Below, one piece after another: positions 1 through 11,943 of a stretch of DNA of 64,000 bases. The stretch is from the NCBI RefSeq assembly GCF_000143415.4, contig NW_003314389.1:270892-334891 (forward strand), given 5' to 3'. This DNA comes from Selaginella moellendorffii. Taxonomy: Eukaryota; Plantae; Lycopodiophyta. The notes under the pieces were generated by a model. That model ran no database searches. It worked only from the letters and a program-made list of their open reading frames with translations, and was not told where the DNA came from. Numbering within the stretch: the stretch's first letter is position 1; every line of letters starts with the position of its first letter. A program made the translations under genes and the position numbers.

Positions 1-412
1 AAGGACTTGATGGGGATTGAAGAAGCGATTTTGGGGAAGGGTGTTCCCCATATCTTTGAGCATTCTAAGGATGCTAAGGTGTAGTCTTGGGATGACCACT
101 CAGAGGGCCCAATGTATGAAAGACAAGACTATAGTATGGGTGGTTTTGGACTACCTATGAGACAAAGGTTAATAGACATAGCCATAGGACATAGTAATAG
201 ATTGATATATCAATGGTACTTTTGAGTGTCTATTGTGGATCGGACACATGGAGCACATGGACCAAGTGTAAAGGTTGAGTGGCATAAATGCCATTTATGG
301 GGCTAGTAAGTCCTCAAGTTGGAAATAAGACTTATGGAGGTTGTAAGTGAGACTCCTTCAAGTGGTCAATGGTTAAGTGACAAAAATGGAATGGAAAATT
401 TAATCACTTACA
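1..412 (+). mobile_element. Degenerate 3' part of a Gypsy LTR (LTR family B)
   Basis: Diverged homologue of 17280-17696, 32700-33116 and 43990-44406; ends ...AATCACTTACA like the other family-B LTRs. Confidence 0.75.
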
Positions 413-499
413 AAATTGTTATTACCATATGACTTGACTCAATACTTAATACTAGTTTATAGATGATAAGATATGATGAATTTTAATTTGGTATGATAC

Positions 500-2047
500 T
501 ACTTCAAGAGTGTTCTCCAGAACTTATTAGTGAATATCTTATCTTAATCTGAGATAATTTCTTTTGGCCTTCCCTAAATACAAACCATTTTTTCAAAGAA
601 TAATGTTGCCATACCTTCCACATCAATTTCCATTGTGTTGGGTATTAAATATATCATTTTTGAAAATTGATCTACCACCATAAATATAGCATCAAACCCC
701 TCACTTGAGAAGAGTTCCATAATAAAGTTCATTGTAGGACATTTCCATAGACAATCAAGCCCCCACTTGCATTAGTCATGGCCTTTACTTGCTGACATGT
801 TGAGCATATATTTATATAGTCCTATACATCCTATCTCAAAGTCATTTGTTTTTACTTCAAAATCTTTATTAAAGTCTAGTAAAACTAATATGAAAGCCTT
901 CTTCAACCTTCCTTTCAAGTGGATAAATGTTGTTTTGTATCCTGTTATCCATACTATCTTCCCTTTCCCATTTTACATTAAGGGGTGAGCAACTCTGAAT
1001 TTTATAGCCTTAGGAATGCCCTTAATGCATATATATTTGATGGTTACACCCATTTCTAGATTGTTTGTACTTTCTCAGAGTCCATTTTGAGCCTGTGCTT
1101 TACCCATTACATACCTAACAAATTTTACCTTTTGTTGAGGAAAGTGATATTTGCTCTCTTTAGTGTACAACTTGTGTTCTTTTAGTTTCTCAAACACTTT
1201 TGTCAAATGCTCCTCTAGGGTCTTGCTATAAATTAGGATATCATCAATATAGATGACTAAAAAATGATTTATATAGGGTATAAAGATAAAGTTCATAAGT
1301 GCTAATAATATTGCCGACACTTTATATAGCTTAAAGAGTATCACTATAGACTCAAAGCTTTCATACCTTATTTGACACGTTATCTTTTCAACATCTTCCT
1401 ATACTACCTTGATCTAGTACTATCATCATGACCTTAGGTCAATTTAAGAGAAGTATCTTAGTTTTCCTAACTTATCAAATAGATCCTCAATCCTTCATAA
1501 AGGGTACTTATTTGTTTTTGTATACTTGTTGAGCAACCAATAGTCTATGCACATACCTATAGACCCATCATTATTTTTCACAAATAACATTAAGCTTTAT
1601 ATGATGAATTGCTCAATGTAATATACCTTTTATCAACCAACTCCTTAAGTTAACATTTAAGTTCTTTGAGCTCTTTTTCATTCAAGTGATAAAGGGTATG
1701 AACCATTACTTTAGCACCCTCAACCAACATAATCTTATGTTCTATCAATCAAGCAGAGGTAATCCCACCAGCAAGTCATTTCAAAATTAGTCCAACATCT
1801 ATTGAATCATGAAAGGCACTTCTTTTGTTTCCATTTTTTATCGCTTCTCATAAAGAGTAAACATAAAAATGCCACTTTAATTCTTTTAGTGAATTGTCTT
1901 CTTGTGGATACTAGATTTAAGCAAAAGTGTTTGGACTTACTTTGCCTTATCTTTAGATCCTTGGTCTTCCAACTTAGATAATTCTCCAAGGGCATTTACT
2001 AGTACCACTAGGTTCTTACCTTTGCCATGCAAGGTATTGCCAAAAAA
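500..2047 (-). pseudogene. Decayed Ty3/Gypsy pol (protease linker, RT, RNase H and integrase fragments), interrupted by the DNA transposon at 2048
   Basis: ORF 1075-1344 contains the RT motif [13 protein letters not shown]; colinear with the intact copy at 33800-34930; many stops and deletions. Confidence 0.85.
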
Positions 2048-2069
2048 GCTCTATTTCATTAAAGTGGGA
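2048..2069 (+). repeat. Terminal inverted repeat GCTCTATTTCATTAAAGTGGGA (copy 1, cargo-gene end)
   Basis: Exact reverse complement of 11259-11280. Confidence 0.92.
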
Positions 2070-2487
2070 ATTGTCATTATCCCACTTGTAAAATAAGGTT
2101 TCCAAACCTTTATATAGTATATAAATATAACAAAATTCAACTGCATTGAGGCACATGCCATTTTATTTTAAACAAGGAAATGTCTACTCAATCACTTCTC
2201 CTCCCCCTGCCACTACTTCACCTCTCTCTTCTCCTTGTCATCGTCGTCCAATTTCTTTCCATCCTTTTAATATTGGCTCAGTTGCTCCAAGTCTAGGTGG
2301 AGCCCAAGTCCCCATTCAATCTTTACTTTCCCCTTATTAATAAAACAACTTCGTAGACTTCCAATAACATGCTGTAACACTTCTAGTATAATGCAAATCC
2401 TCTCAAAGAATTGTCTTTTAATATTAATACAATGGCATGGAACCCCATGCCATAATAAGTTACATTTTTAAATAAATACATGCTATC

Positions 2488-5400
2488 TCAGACTGTTATT
2501 TTTTGCCTCCAACGCCTATACAATAATCTTGGAATTTCATCTCTCCACACTATCAGGATTTAAACCCAATAGTAATGCCATCTCTTCTCTAATACGTCCA
2601 CACTCATGTTCAGTGGTCGAAGAACCCATCCGATTGAGCAGATTATGGAGATGCGGATAGTGCTTGGCTAGACAATATACATGCCATAAATGATGACTGG
2701 TGTTTGTCCGATCAAATGGCTTCTGATATACCGTTCCATCTGCCATTTGGTTGATTTTTGCAGCCACCTCCTGGACTGGCCAGTTCTCTATCACCATCGC
2801 TCCAAGCCGTTTTGCAAGGTCCCCCAGAACATACGGTTTCTTCTCCCTAGTTTCCATACTGCAAGAGATGGGGTGCATTGCATATGTGTGCGTGTTCGCT
2901 GCAGTTTTAATCGGCGAGTCATCGATGATGAGGATTTCACTTGACCTAGCAGTCCGGTTCATCACTACAGCCTCTGGCTTGACGAAGATGGGCTTGCTAC
3001 CCCTCACATGGACCATAGTCAAGCAATCCTCCTGCGTTAGGAGAAAGTCAAATGGTAATATTACTCGCGTCTGATCGTGCATCATCTGTAGCAACGTTAA
3101 TGCATTGTGGCGCATCATGGATGTCCAAATTCCCAATTGCAAATTGAACCCGGCCCTCTGTTTTAAGTGTCGCATGGTCATTATTAGATCCCACAGTTTC
3201 TCCTGTGTGATTAATGTGAATCTGTCTCTTTTGACCAACTTGCGACCGCAGGCTTTGGAGGGTGTAGTGACATTCGAGGACGAGCCACGCTCATGGGAGA
3301 AAAGGACACCGTTCAGATCAAAAACGATACAGTACCTTCGCCGTGACTCTGAAATGAAATGCGTCAGCATAAAAAATGGTACAAGTCAATTTTACCATCT
3401 ACAATATTAGCGAATGGTGCTCTCGATGGTCGTTGAGAGGGTTTTGGTCGAGGAAACGTGAAGGGCAGAAATACTCTCGGGGTCAATCGCATCCGATGGC
3501 GTGTGGGCACATGCCATTTCAGCTGTAGACTCTGGTACAACTGGCTCAACAGTGGCATGGGGTGGTTCCGATGGTGTGTGATCACATGCCATTTCAGCTG
3601 GTGCCTCCATTGGCAAAGTGGACATGACCGAATAGGCAGCAGGGTCGGTGTAGGGAGGTTCCAACGGCACGTAGTCAGACGATTGGGCACACGTTGAGTC
3701 CATTGGAAATGAGGATATGACCGGCTCGGCGGCTGGGGTGGCCTCATGTGGGTCCAATGGCGCCTGGTCACCGTCAGTTGGATACGTGGACAAGATTGAC
3801 TCAGTGGTATGGGCAGCATTAAGTGGAGCGTGGTCAGTTTGCTTGGCTTTGATATGGATAGTAGCCTCCACCAGCTCTGATGACTCTTGCAGGCAAGTAG
3901 AGTCCACTGGTGGATCCATATGCATGTCCAAATATCTCCCTTCGATTGAGATGGTATCCTCCCTACTGGCTACTAAAAACAAACTCATTAGCACATTGAA
4001 TCGACTATACTGTATTTACCATCAACTGCTATTGAGGAACTAGGACCGATATCACTTGGGCGCACTGTTGATTTTGAAGGATTGGACATACGTTTCGACC
4101 CTTGCTTGGCACTATCTTTCCTCGACACTAAAGGCTAGAGTTTGTATCTTAATTCTACTGATTAATCTCTACTTACCATTTGCTCTGCGACCTACATGGA
4201 CAATGCTAGAAATGGTAAAAGGCTAGGAATGGATGTACTATTATTTACCTGATGGTTTGTCTTGTATGACCTTCCTCCGCTGCTCTTTGGCCACCTCAGG
4301 CTGGCCATCGTCGTCATCATCGTCGTCGTTGTTATTGTGATCGTCACCATTGTGAGGACCATCCAAGTCCTCTTCGTCCTCCTCTTCTTCGTCCTCCTCT
4401 TCGTCCTTCTGCTCTTCCTGCTCATTATCTTTCTCTGGCTCCTCATCCCCTCCTGCATTTCTTCCATAGGCTGCTCAGGCTGGATGGCTTGTTCTTCCAG
4501 GACCATCTTGGGAAAATCATCTGGCCGAGTCTCCATCTCAAAATACAAGACATCCATAGCCTGTTTTAGTGCGTGACCTAGGACCGTATCCTCACCCGAC
4601 TGTCTTAACATGGTTTCTGCACGTTCTTGCACCCTTCGAAGACGACGAGATGAGAAAAACGTGGCCCTGACTTGAAAAGCATCCCTCATCCATTGTACCT
4701 CTCCATTGAGATTGTGGAAGGGGAGTCCGCCATAGGAATCTGAGTCAGGAGGTGGTGACTGACTACTTTCACTCAGCCCTTGATCTGCAATGAATGGCAT
4801 GAGCACACACGCCATAACCGCGAGGCATTACCTATCATCTTTTCGTTGCCCTTCTTCCTTTTTGAATCAAACGCCTCTGATCCCGACAACTGTCCAACGT
4901 GCTTTCGCTTTTTATGACCACTGTCAGTTTGAGCTTGGCTGGTGCTTGCCTGATTTGCCTTTGAAGAAGTGTCTCCTGCAAGGAATGGCATGAGACCACA
5001 CGCCATTGCAAATATAATTTGTACCTCCTTTTTTCCTATTGCTTGTCTGTTTGTCCTTCTTCGACGTGCCACCAGTGCGCTTTTCAGTCCTCGGTCTTGT
5101 TGAACGAAGCTGGGAAGTCACTCCAGTCCCACTCTGCTGCAGGACCAATAACAACGGCGAGTGTGATCATATAGTAGACTGAAGATTCCACCTCCGCAAG
5201 TCCCACCATTATGTCAATGATGGAGCTGACTTCGTCTGCATGAGTGATCTCCTCGTTTGTGAAGTCCATCACACAAAAGATGTTCTTGACCTGCTCATCT
5301 CTGCGGGAAACGATGCTCCTCCACCTTTGATCCTCATCCGAATTCACGTATACCTGGTAAGGTTCTCGATAGGCCTCTGCTGCGGGGTCGAGCTGTTTCT

Positions 5401-7020
5401 GAAGCCGGCGGTCGACATCCCTCTTAATGAAATTTGGATACTGATCCAACTTCTCAGCTTTACTTTTCGTGGCATCCCGCAGCAGATCGATGAACTTGGG
5501 GGCCCCCTTCACGTACTTGTCGACGTCTTCATTTGACAACTCCAGCTCTTCCATCATCTCTTGCATGGTGTCGATGCTCACCCTCTCCACGGCCACTTGC
5601 TCGAAGATCCAATCCTTCAATAGCACACGAGCTCTCAGAGTCGTGCACAAGTCCTCGTATGTCACAATATGGCCGGGAGTCATTTTGGTCTTGTTGAAGA
5701 CTACCTCACCACGTAGAAGAGCATTAGCCACTGTCAGAAGGTCGTCGTCGTCTAGAGACCACGAGAAACGCAAGGCGTTGAGCTTCAAATCATTGGGCTT
5801 CCGGCTGTCCTCCACACCCATTGAGTTTAGCAACTCCCCATCATGGTACCTCCTCAGCACATCTACCCATTTGTCAAAAACAACTTTTGTCGCGAGTAGA
5901 ATGTTATGGATGCTGAGTGTGTCATTGACCCCCGTTGTTTTCGAGAGAAGACTCGAGAATTGGAAATGGCGTGAGGCCACATGCTATGCCACATGCAACG
6001 AGGCTTACCTGCCAGGCGCTAGTTGCTAGTGCACATCCTTATCCTGGTTTTTGTGGCTTTTTCAGTTGAACCCAGAGCTTCCGTGTTCGTGCCAATGTCT
6101 CGTGCAGACCCAATTTGTAGCACGTTTCTTGCTTGACATTCTGCGCATGGGAGATGTATATGATAGATCGGAGGGGCGAGTTGCCTTTTATCAGGCGGAC
6201 AACTCTTGTCTTGAAGACTTTCTTCACCTCCTCGCCCACCATAATATCCACAACTATCTCTTGTATCGCCAAGCTAGAATGCTGCCGGGAGACAGCATAG
6301 AACCGGATGTTCTGATCGTCCAACACCTTCCTATTGATCAAGTCTAGAAACCTCGTCTCGCCCTTCATTGTTCAGTAGTAGGGGATCACGTCTGCGATAT
6401 CGAGTGTTACTGGACTTGCCAGCATCTTCTGCTTCAGTTTCTCCACCCACTCATCAGATACTAGCCTGTGGTTGTATTTGCTTTGGATGTCAATGTGGCT
6501 CACGTCGATTGTATATACTTTGTTGGAATAGTAACAAGTACTATTATCTGCGACGATTTTTGCTGCCTCTTCTTGCTCTTTCTCCTCTTTGCGGCTCTTC
6601 TTTTTGGTGGGTGTAGTGTTCGAACTCGAGGCAATGGCATCACCGAGTAGCTTTTTTTTTGGAGTAGGAGAGTCGGACGTTAGCTTGAGCTTGACCACCC
6701 TTTTCTGCTTCGGGGTAGTTTCCAGATCGCCCCTTCGCTTCGCGAACTGGAGTCACTCTCAACGGCTCAATGTTGGAATATAGTTTTTGAACATCACCAT
6801 AGGTGAGGTCCGTGGATTCCATGTGATCTTCATAGACCCGCAGCGTCTTTGAAATTGTGGGCCTCCTGGACAACCTCTCCCTAGCTCCCTCTAGGAATTC
6901 CTCATAGCCGTTGCCCCCCTTCGGGAAGGCGCTAGGATGTGCAAGGTGAATCTTGAAGGTGGACGCTGTTTCTACCACAAGTGCCAGTCCATATTCTTGC
7001 ATGGAACTACATGGAGTGTC
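2488..7020 (-). pseudogene. Cargo gene of copy 1 (ParB-like / MTase-like / acidic linker / NIF-HAD phosphatase-like); 5'-truncated, with deletions and frameshifts
   Basis: ORFs 2537-3370 (YCIVFDLNGVL..IWTSM..LIIDDSP), 3407-3994, 4192-4815, 5084-5980, 6039-6698 and 6640-7065 match exons of the gene at 54160-63556. Confidence 0.85.
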
Positions 7021-7726
7021 TGGAGTGGGAGCGCGATGCGAGCGCGAGTACGAAGCAAAATGCAAAACCTAACCTCACACACGCGAAATGTCACGACGGT
7101 TGGTAATCCCACAACGTCATCATTTCTCGGACTTGGGTGCCACCATTAATTTCTGGATCGCCGCGCGCATGCATGCACGTGAAATCCAAAAGAAATCCGC
7201 AACGTCATCATTCCTCGGACTGCATGCACGCGAAATCCAAAAGAAAGATCATGATTAGGATATCATTTAATACCCTCGCTATATTTATACCATGCATGAT
7301 TGGATATTCCAAAGCATCTTGTATTTCCAAAAATGCCAGATGTTCAGCTAAATAAAGAATGGTATACAATGTCCTTCTTGATGACCCTGCAAAGAAGCAT
7401 CTCGATTGGACACCACATGAGACCACACAAGCCTTACCATGTTTCAGGGGCATTTGCCATAGATCCGACCGTTATTTTGCTCCAAGATTTTACAGTTTGG
7501 TGTGCATTGATCTTTCTATCGACACTGCAAAGGGACATCACAATCAGATGCGGGATCACAAGAAACTAACTTCACTAACTCTGGTTTCACCAAGATCTAC
7601 GTAAGGAGTTATGAAATGAAAGGACCCTCTCTATTGAAATGTGTTTATGGTCCTAGGGGCATTGTGACATATCAAAGGATTTTGCATCAAGTTCTGTATT
7701 TGCATGTTTATCAAGCTACTGAATTG

Positions 7727-7753
7727 CTAAACCCTAAACCCTAAACCCTAAAC
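7727..7753 (+). repeat. Interstitial plant telomeric repeat (CCCTAAA)n / telo-box cluster inside the transposon
   Basis: ctaaaccctaaaccctaaaccctaaac, located between the divergent genes. Confidence 0.9.
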
Positions 7754-8549
7754 ATGTGGCAAATGCTGCATGAAGAAAGATGCCCTTTCTGGGCAAATGC
7801 TGTAAGAGGCAGATGCCGAGCAGATGTATCTCAAGCTAGCGAAGGGGACAAACGAAAGCTAGCTATAAACATGACGGGATGCAAATAGATTACTAGGCTG
7901 GTCCTGCGAAAATCAAAAACCATAATTGAAAACATTGAAAATGCAAAAAGAAAGGTTTATAATATTTTTGAATTTTAAGCAACCAAAGGAATGTAAGTAG
8001 GGCATGTGTTTGTAAGTTTAAAAATGCCTCAACCATTTAAATTCCCAAGTAAATAAAGCTGTTTCTATTTTTGGTACAGGTAAACTTTATAGCGTGTGGG
8101 CTCATGCAATTTTGAACCCAAAAATGCACCAAAAAATGCTCGACTAGCATTATTCTTTGCATGGCATATGGCCTTATATTGCCATAAATGGACGTACACA
8201 CACAACATAATTATTCCTTTACACGGCGAATAATCTTGGCGCGGATCGCTGACATGGCATGGCAAAGTTCGAATCACTGACATGGCATAGCTAGATCGAG
8301 GCAAGGACATGATGTGACAAAGTTCAACCTCCGACAGCAAAGTCTAGAAGCTACTCAGTTTGAAATTTGTCAGAGGAATCATAAGATCTGGTTTGTCAGA
8401 GGATTTGATGTGACGTTCAAGCGTGTGTTATTTTTGAATTTTCGAACTCATTCCTAGGTCTATCATTTTTGTGTGCCGTGTTCTTGGTTCCGCTGAGCGC
8501 AGTGAGCGCTGCTTGTATAAGCGGCGTTGTGAGCTGTGGTTTATGCGTC

Positions 8550-8690
8550 TACGAGCGGTTGTGGCATTGCGAGCGCCATTGCGAGCGGCAGTTTATGCGA
8601 GTGGCAGTTTGTGCGAGCGGCGCTATGAGCAGTTGCGGTGTTGCGAGCGGCGCTACGAGTAGTTGCGGTGTTGCGAGCGGCATTGTCTTT
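8550..8690 (+). repeat. CpG-rich ~30-bp tandem repeat (GCGAGCGGCGCTACGAGTAGTTGCGGTGTT) upstream of the transposase
   Basis: About 3 units visible; homologue at 51030-51160 on the opposite strand. Confidence 0.75.
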
Positions 8691-9047
8691 GGTGTGGCTA
8701 CCGCTTCCTCTTGATATTCGGCACTTGTGCTTCCTGGTATGTTCACCATGGAATGGCTTAGGACCACATTTAGAAATGGCATGAGGCCACATGCCATCTT
8801 GGGCCCTTGCAATTTCATGGCTAGCTTATTATCATGTATGTTTTTACTTGCCTGCAGCTGTGTGTATATCAAGATGGCATGAGGGCTCATGCCAATTTTG
8901 TGAATGCGAAATTTCACGTGGGTGTCAATAGCATGTTTGAATAATGGCATGTGGCCTCATGCTATTGAGGTTGTTTGGTATGTTATGATTTAGGCCATTC
9001 TCCAATCATTTTTTGTATGGTCTTAACTTCTTTTCTGCACTTTCAGA

Positions 9048-10640
9048 ATGGCCTTCGCAAGTGCAATGCATGTTCCCTCTGTGGATCTTAAGAACCGTGC
9101 TACATGGATTCAGGCAAAGGTGTTTCTAAACAACCCCGAGGGGGAGGTGGTAGCTAAGGGCTTAGCCACAGTTGTCGATCCAAGAGATGCGGTTGCTAAT
9201 CAAAAATTGGGCTGGGATGATATTGGAGTTGCGATTTTAGAGGTTGTTGACACAGAAGAAAACAGTCTGACTATTGGAAGCATTGTGCGGTGGAAATTGA
9301 GGCACTTAGTGTTTGAGAATGTGAAGGATTCATAATCAAACACCACTACAACTGATGACAGAACATCTCTTCATGATAAAAGAAAGTACACCTTCCTAAA
9401 GCGCAGCCAAAGGGATCTGAGCAACGAACCGAAAAGGTAGAAAATGGTGATGGAGGTTCGAATGGTCTCGACAGTGGCTTGTTGCAAGAGGAGGTGCTGT
9501 CAACATGCTGATTGGGATGCTATTGAAGAGGAGAGAGCAAGATACAAGACATTGTCCTGGAAGGCAGCTCGCAATTTTGTGTATGAGGTATTACGGTCAT
9601 CTGTTGATGCTTCAGAACATCAGGTGGGGGGCATGGTCTTCCAGAGGGGTTTGGTCTGCATGAAGGCATGGAGAATCATTTATGGAGTCCCTCGAACCAT
9701 ATTCTACAGAATCAAAACTGAGTTCGAGGAACAAAGGGTTCAACAGGCAGTCCATGGGAACGACGGTACTCACAAAAGCAGGGGTCATGTTGTATATGGA
9801 GAGGCAATCTTCAAGAGGTTTGTCGAGACATGTAGCGAGCAGCAACCACATAAAACCCGCCTCTTGGAAGATGGAACTCGAGACACCCAACGAGTTCTCC
9901 CCTCCATGTATACCAAGGGGGCCATATTGGAAGATGTGAATCGGGAACTCCAGAGTAATGGCTACAGGAAGCTGAGCCAATCTAGATTTAGTAGATTATG
10001 GAGCAACAGGTTCAGGGATGTGAGTATAGGAAAGTACTCCAGCTTTTCAAAGTGTGACGAGTGCACTGCTATCAAAATGGCTTTGTCGAAGAATTCTTGC
10101 ATCACTCAAGAGCGAGAGACGTTGGTTAGAAGGTGGCTCGACCACAACATCGAGCAGAGAAGCTGCAGGACTGCATATTATCATAACAGGATTCTCTCCA
10201 TGGAGAGACCTGACTCTTACCTCTGCATCATCCACGACAAAGTAGACCAGAAAAAGACGTGCTTACCTCGACTCAATCCTGCCCCCAAGGCAATCTCTTC
10301 ATCCATGCAGCTGCCTGTGTCTCTGTTTGGCATAATCGCTCATGGGCATGGTGCCCAGAACTATGGGAACTTCTTTGTACCTCTATGGGGTGGCGGGGGT
10401 GCAAACATGATGATTGCGTCCCTAGCAAAACACTTAAGGTCTCTGCAAAGTGCGCAGACTGAGCTGAACGGCCAACCCTTGCATAAGGCCCTTGTCGATC
10501 GAACCCCATACAGGGTTCAGCTGGAGGAGGAGCAAAGGCTTGCAGTATCGCGTGGGGCCCCATGCCATCCCAGTGAATATGTTGGCCGTCAGATTGTAGG
10601 GTTATCACGTGAGGCCTCATGCCATTACGACGAGGTTGGT
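9048..10640 (+). pseudogene. Transposase, N-terminal ~530 aa (Tnp1/EnSpm-like domain, Cys-rich region, first catalytic Asp); C-terminus deleted
   Basis: ORFs 9048-9335 and 9444-10784 are in one frame, broken by TAA 9333 and TAG 9438. Motifs CCKRRCCQH, VCMKAWRIIYGV, FSKCDEC and CIIHDKVDQKK. Overlaps the copy-2 transposase from CLPRLNP to YDEVG. Confidence 0.85.
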
Positions 10641-11258
10641 CCTCATGCCATTTACTTGATCACCAAATACCTTTTTCCCTTTGCACTAGTATATCTTAAT
10701 ACCGGTTTGAGAAATAGAATGGCATGTGCCCTCAGGCCTTTTACTAAATCACCTTTGAAAGAAATGCAAGCCTCTATGTCGTAAAAAAAAGGTACTAGAG
10801 AAATTCCTTAATAATATGAATGTTATTTAGTTTCATGAAAATACACTAAGGGTCAAATGAGTTAAATGACTTCTCCAGACTAGCAATGCCTCTTGCTACA
10901 CCTTCACAATTAGATTCGTTAGAAAAAGATAACATTGAATAATATCTAAATGTTCTCACCATTAAGTTATATGTCTGGCTAATAGGAATGACGTTCATCT
11001 TGGAAAGCTCACCACACGCTCAATGAACAAACAAATAGTGTGTGCGCGCATGCCATCGCTCTTCTTTAGCTTCAGATTCGGCTTGTTCACCTTGACAATG
11101 AGATTTATTATACAACCAAATGGACTCAATCTGGACACAAAGTCACCGCGCTAGTCACCATGCCCCAGATATGTCTAGCCCCTGGACAAAAAACATATAA
11201 TTTCACGTCATTTTCAAATACTTGAAAGTTTGTACCTAGTCCCATTTTATTGAATAAA

Positions 11259-11280
11259 TCCCACTTTAATGAAATAGAGC
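11259..11280 (-). repeat. Terminal inverted repeat (copy 1, transposase end)
   Basis: TCCCACTTTAATGAAATAGAGC. Confidence 0.92.
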
Positions 11281-11943
11281 ATAAAACCAATTAAACCAAT
11301 CCATTGTAAAGATCATATCAAATTTTGTTATATTTAAAATGGTGAAATCTCTATCCACTTTTTACGTCCCTACTTTAATTTGTGTTTGCTAAAGTACCTC
11401 ATCAATGCTTTAGCTACATTGAATAAATTCTATAGTCTTTAGTGCTCTTAATTGCTATACAATTAATCTAGTTTGTCAGAGTATGTTTACAACCAAGTTA
11501 CACTAATGTCGATAATGCTCTAATTTTGAGTTAAGGGTTAGATATACCTTAGTTTACACTTCAAGCCTTCTTTAGGTAAGGACATTCTTTCAAGAAATGA
11601 CTAATCTTGCTGCAATTGTAACAAATATTGTTCCTTATATTACTAGTGGACTTAGTCTTTTTGTTGATGGATTTGTCTTTTTTGGATTGACTTCCTGTTA
11701 TGAATATGACTTTAACTATCAAAAAATATTTGGCTAATCCTTATAGACACTCTTTATTTACTACTACAATGGTAAGAGATTAATACTGCCAATTCACTTT
11801 ATAGTCTCCACCTAAGTTGAGAAACTATTCATCACATAACCAGATGAGCATAAGAATAGAGTTCCTAAATGCTATTATCCAAGTACACTTAGCCTAGTTA
11901 GAGAAATTCATTTATTGACTTGCACTTGCTAATGTTGAAAACT
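11281..11943 (-). pseudogene. Continuation of the decayed Gypsy protease/gag split by transposon copy 1
   Basis: 11281-11620 aligns by eye to 34940-35420 (protease, zinc-knuckle region). Confidence 0.65.

Larger units (their letters stand above)
2048..11280. mobile_element. TIR DNA transposon, copy 1 (9.2 kb, internally deleted), inserted in the protease region of a Gypsy element
   Basis: Perfect 22-bp TIRs at both ends. The flanks rejoin into Gypsy protease sequence (compare 34915-35000). The element is the reverse-complement homologue of 48448-63996. Confidence 0.92.

Noticed and set aside
2537-3370. Host CTD-phosphatase gene
   Set aside because: It lies inside the TIRs in both copies and is spliced in frame to the cargo gene.
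4262-4576. Hydrophobic 'membrane protein' ORFs (also 58373-58711, 61468-61776)
   Set aside because: They are antisense shadows of the Glu/Asp-rich exon.
2048-11280. Classification as CACTA, Mutator, hAT or Helitron
   Set aside because: No CACTA termini, TIRs are short, no 8-9-bp TSD, no helicase/Rep domain, and the transposase motifs differ.
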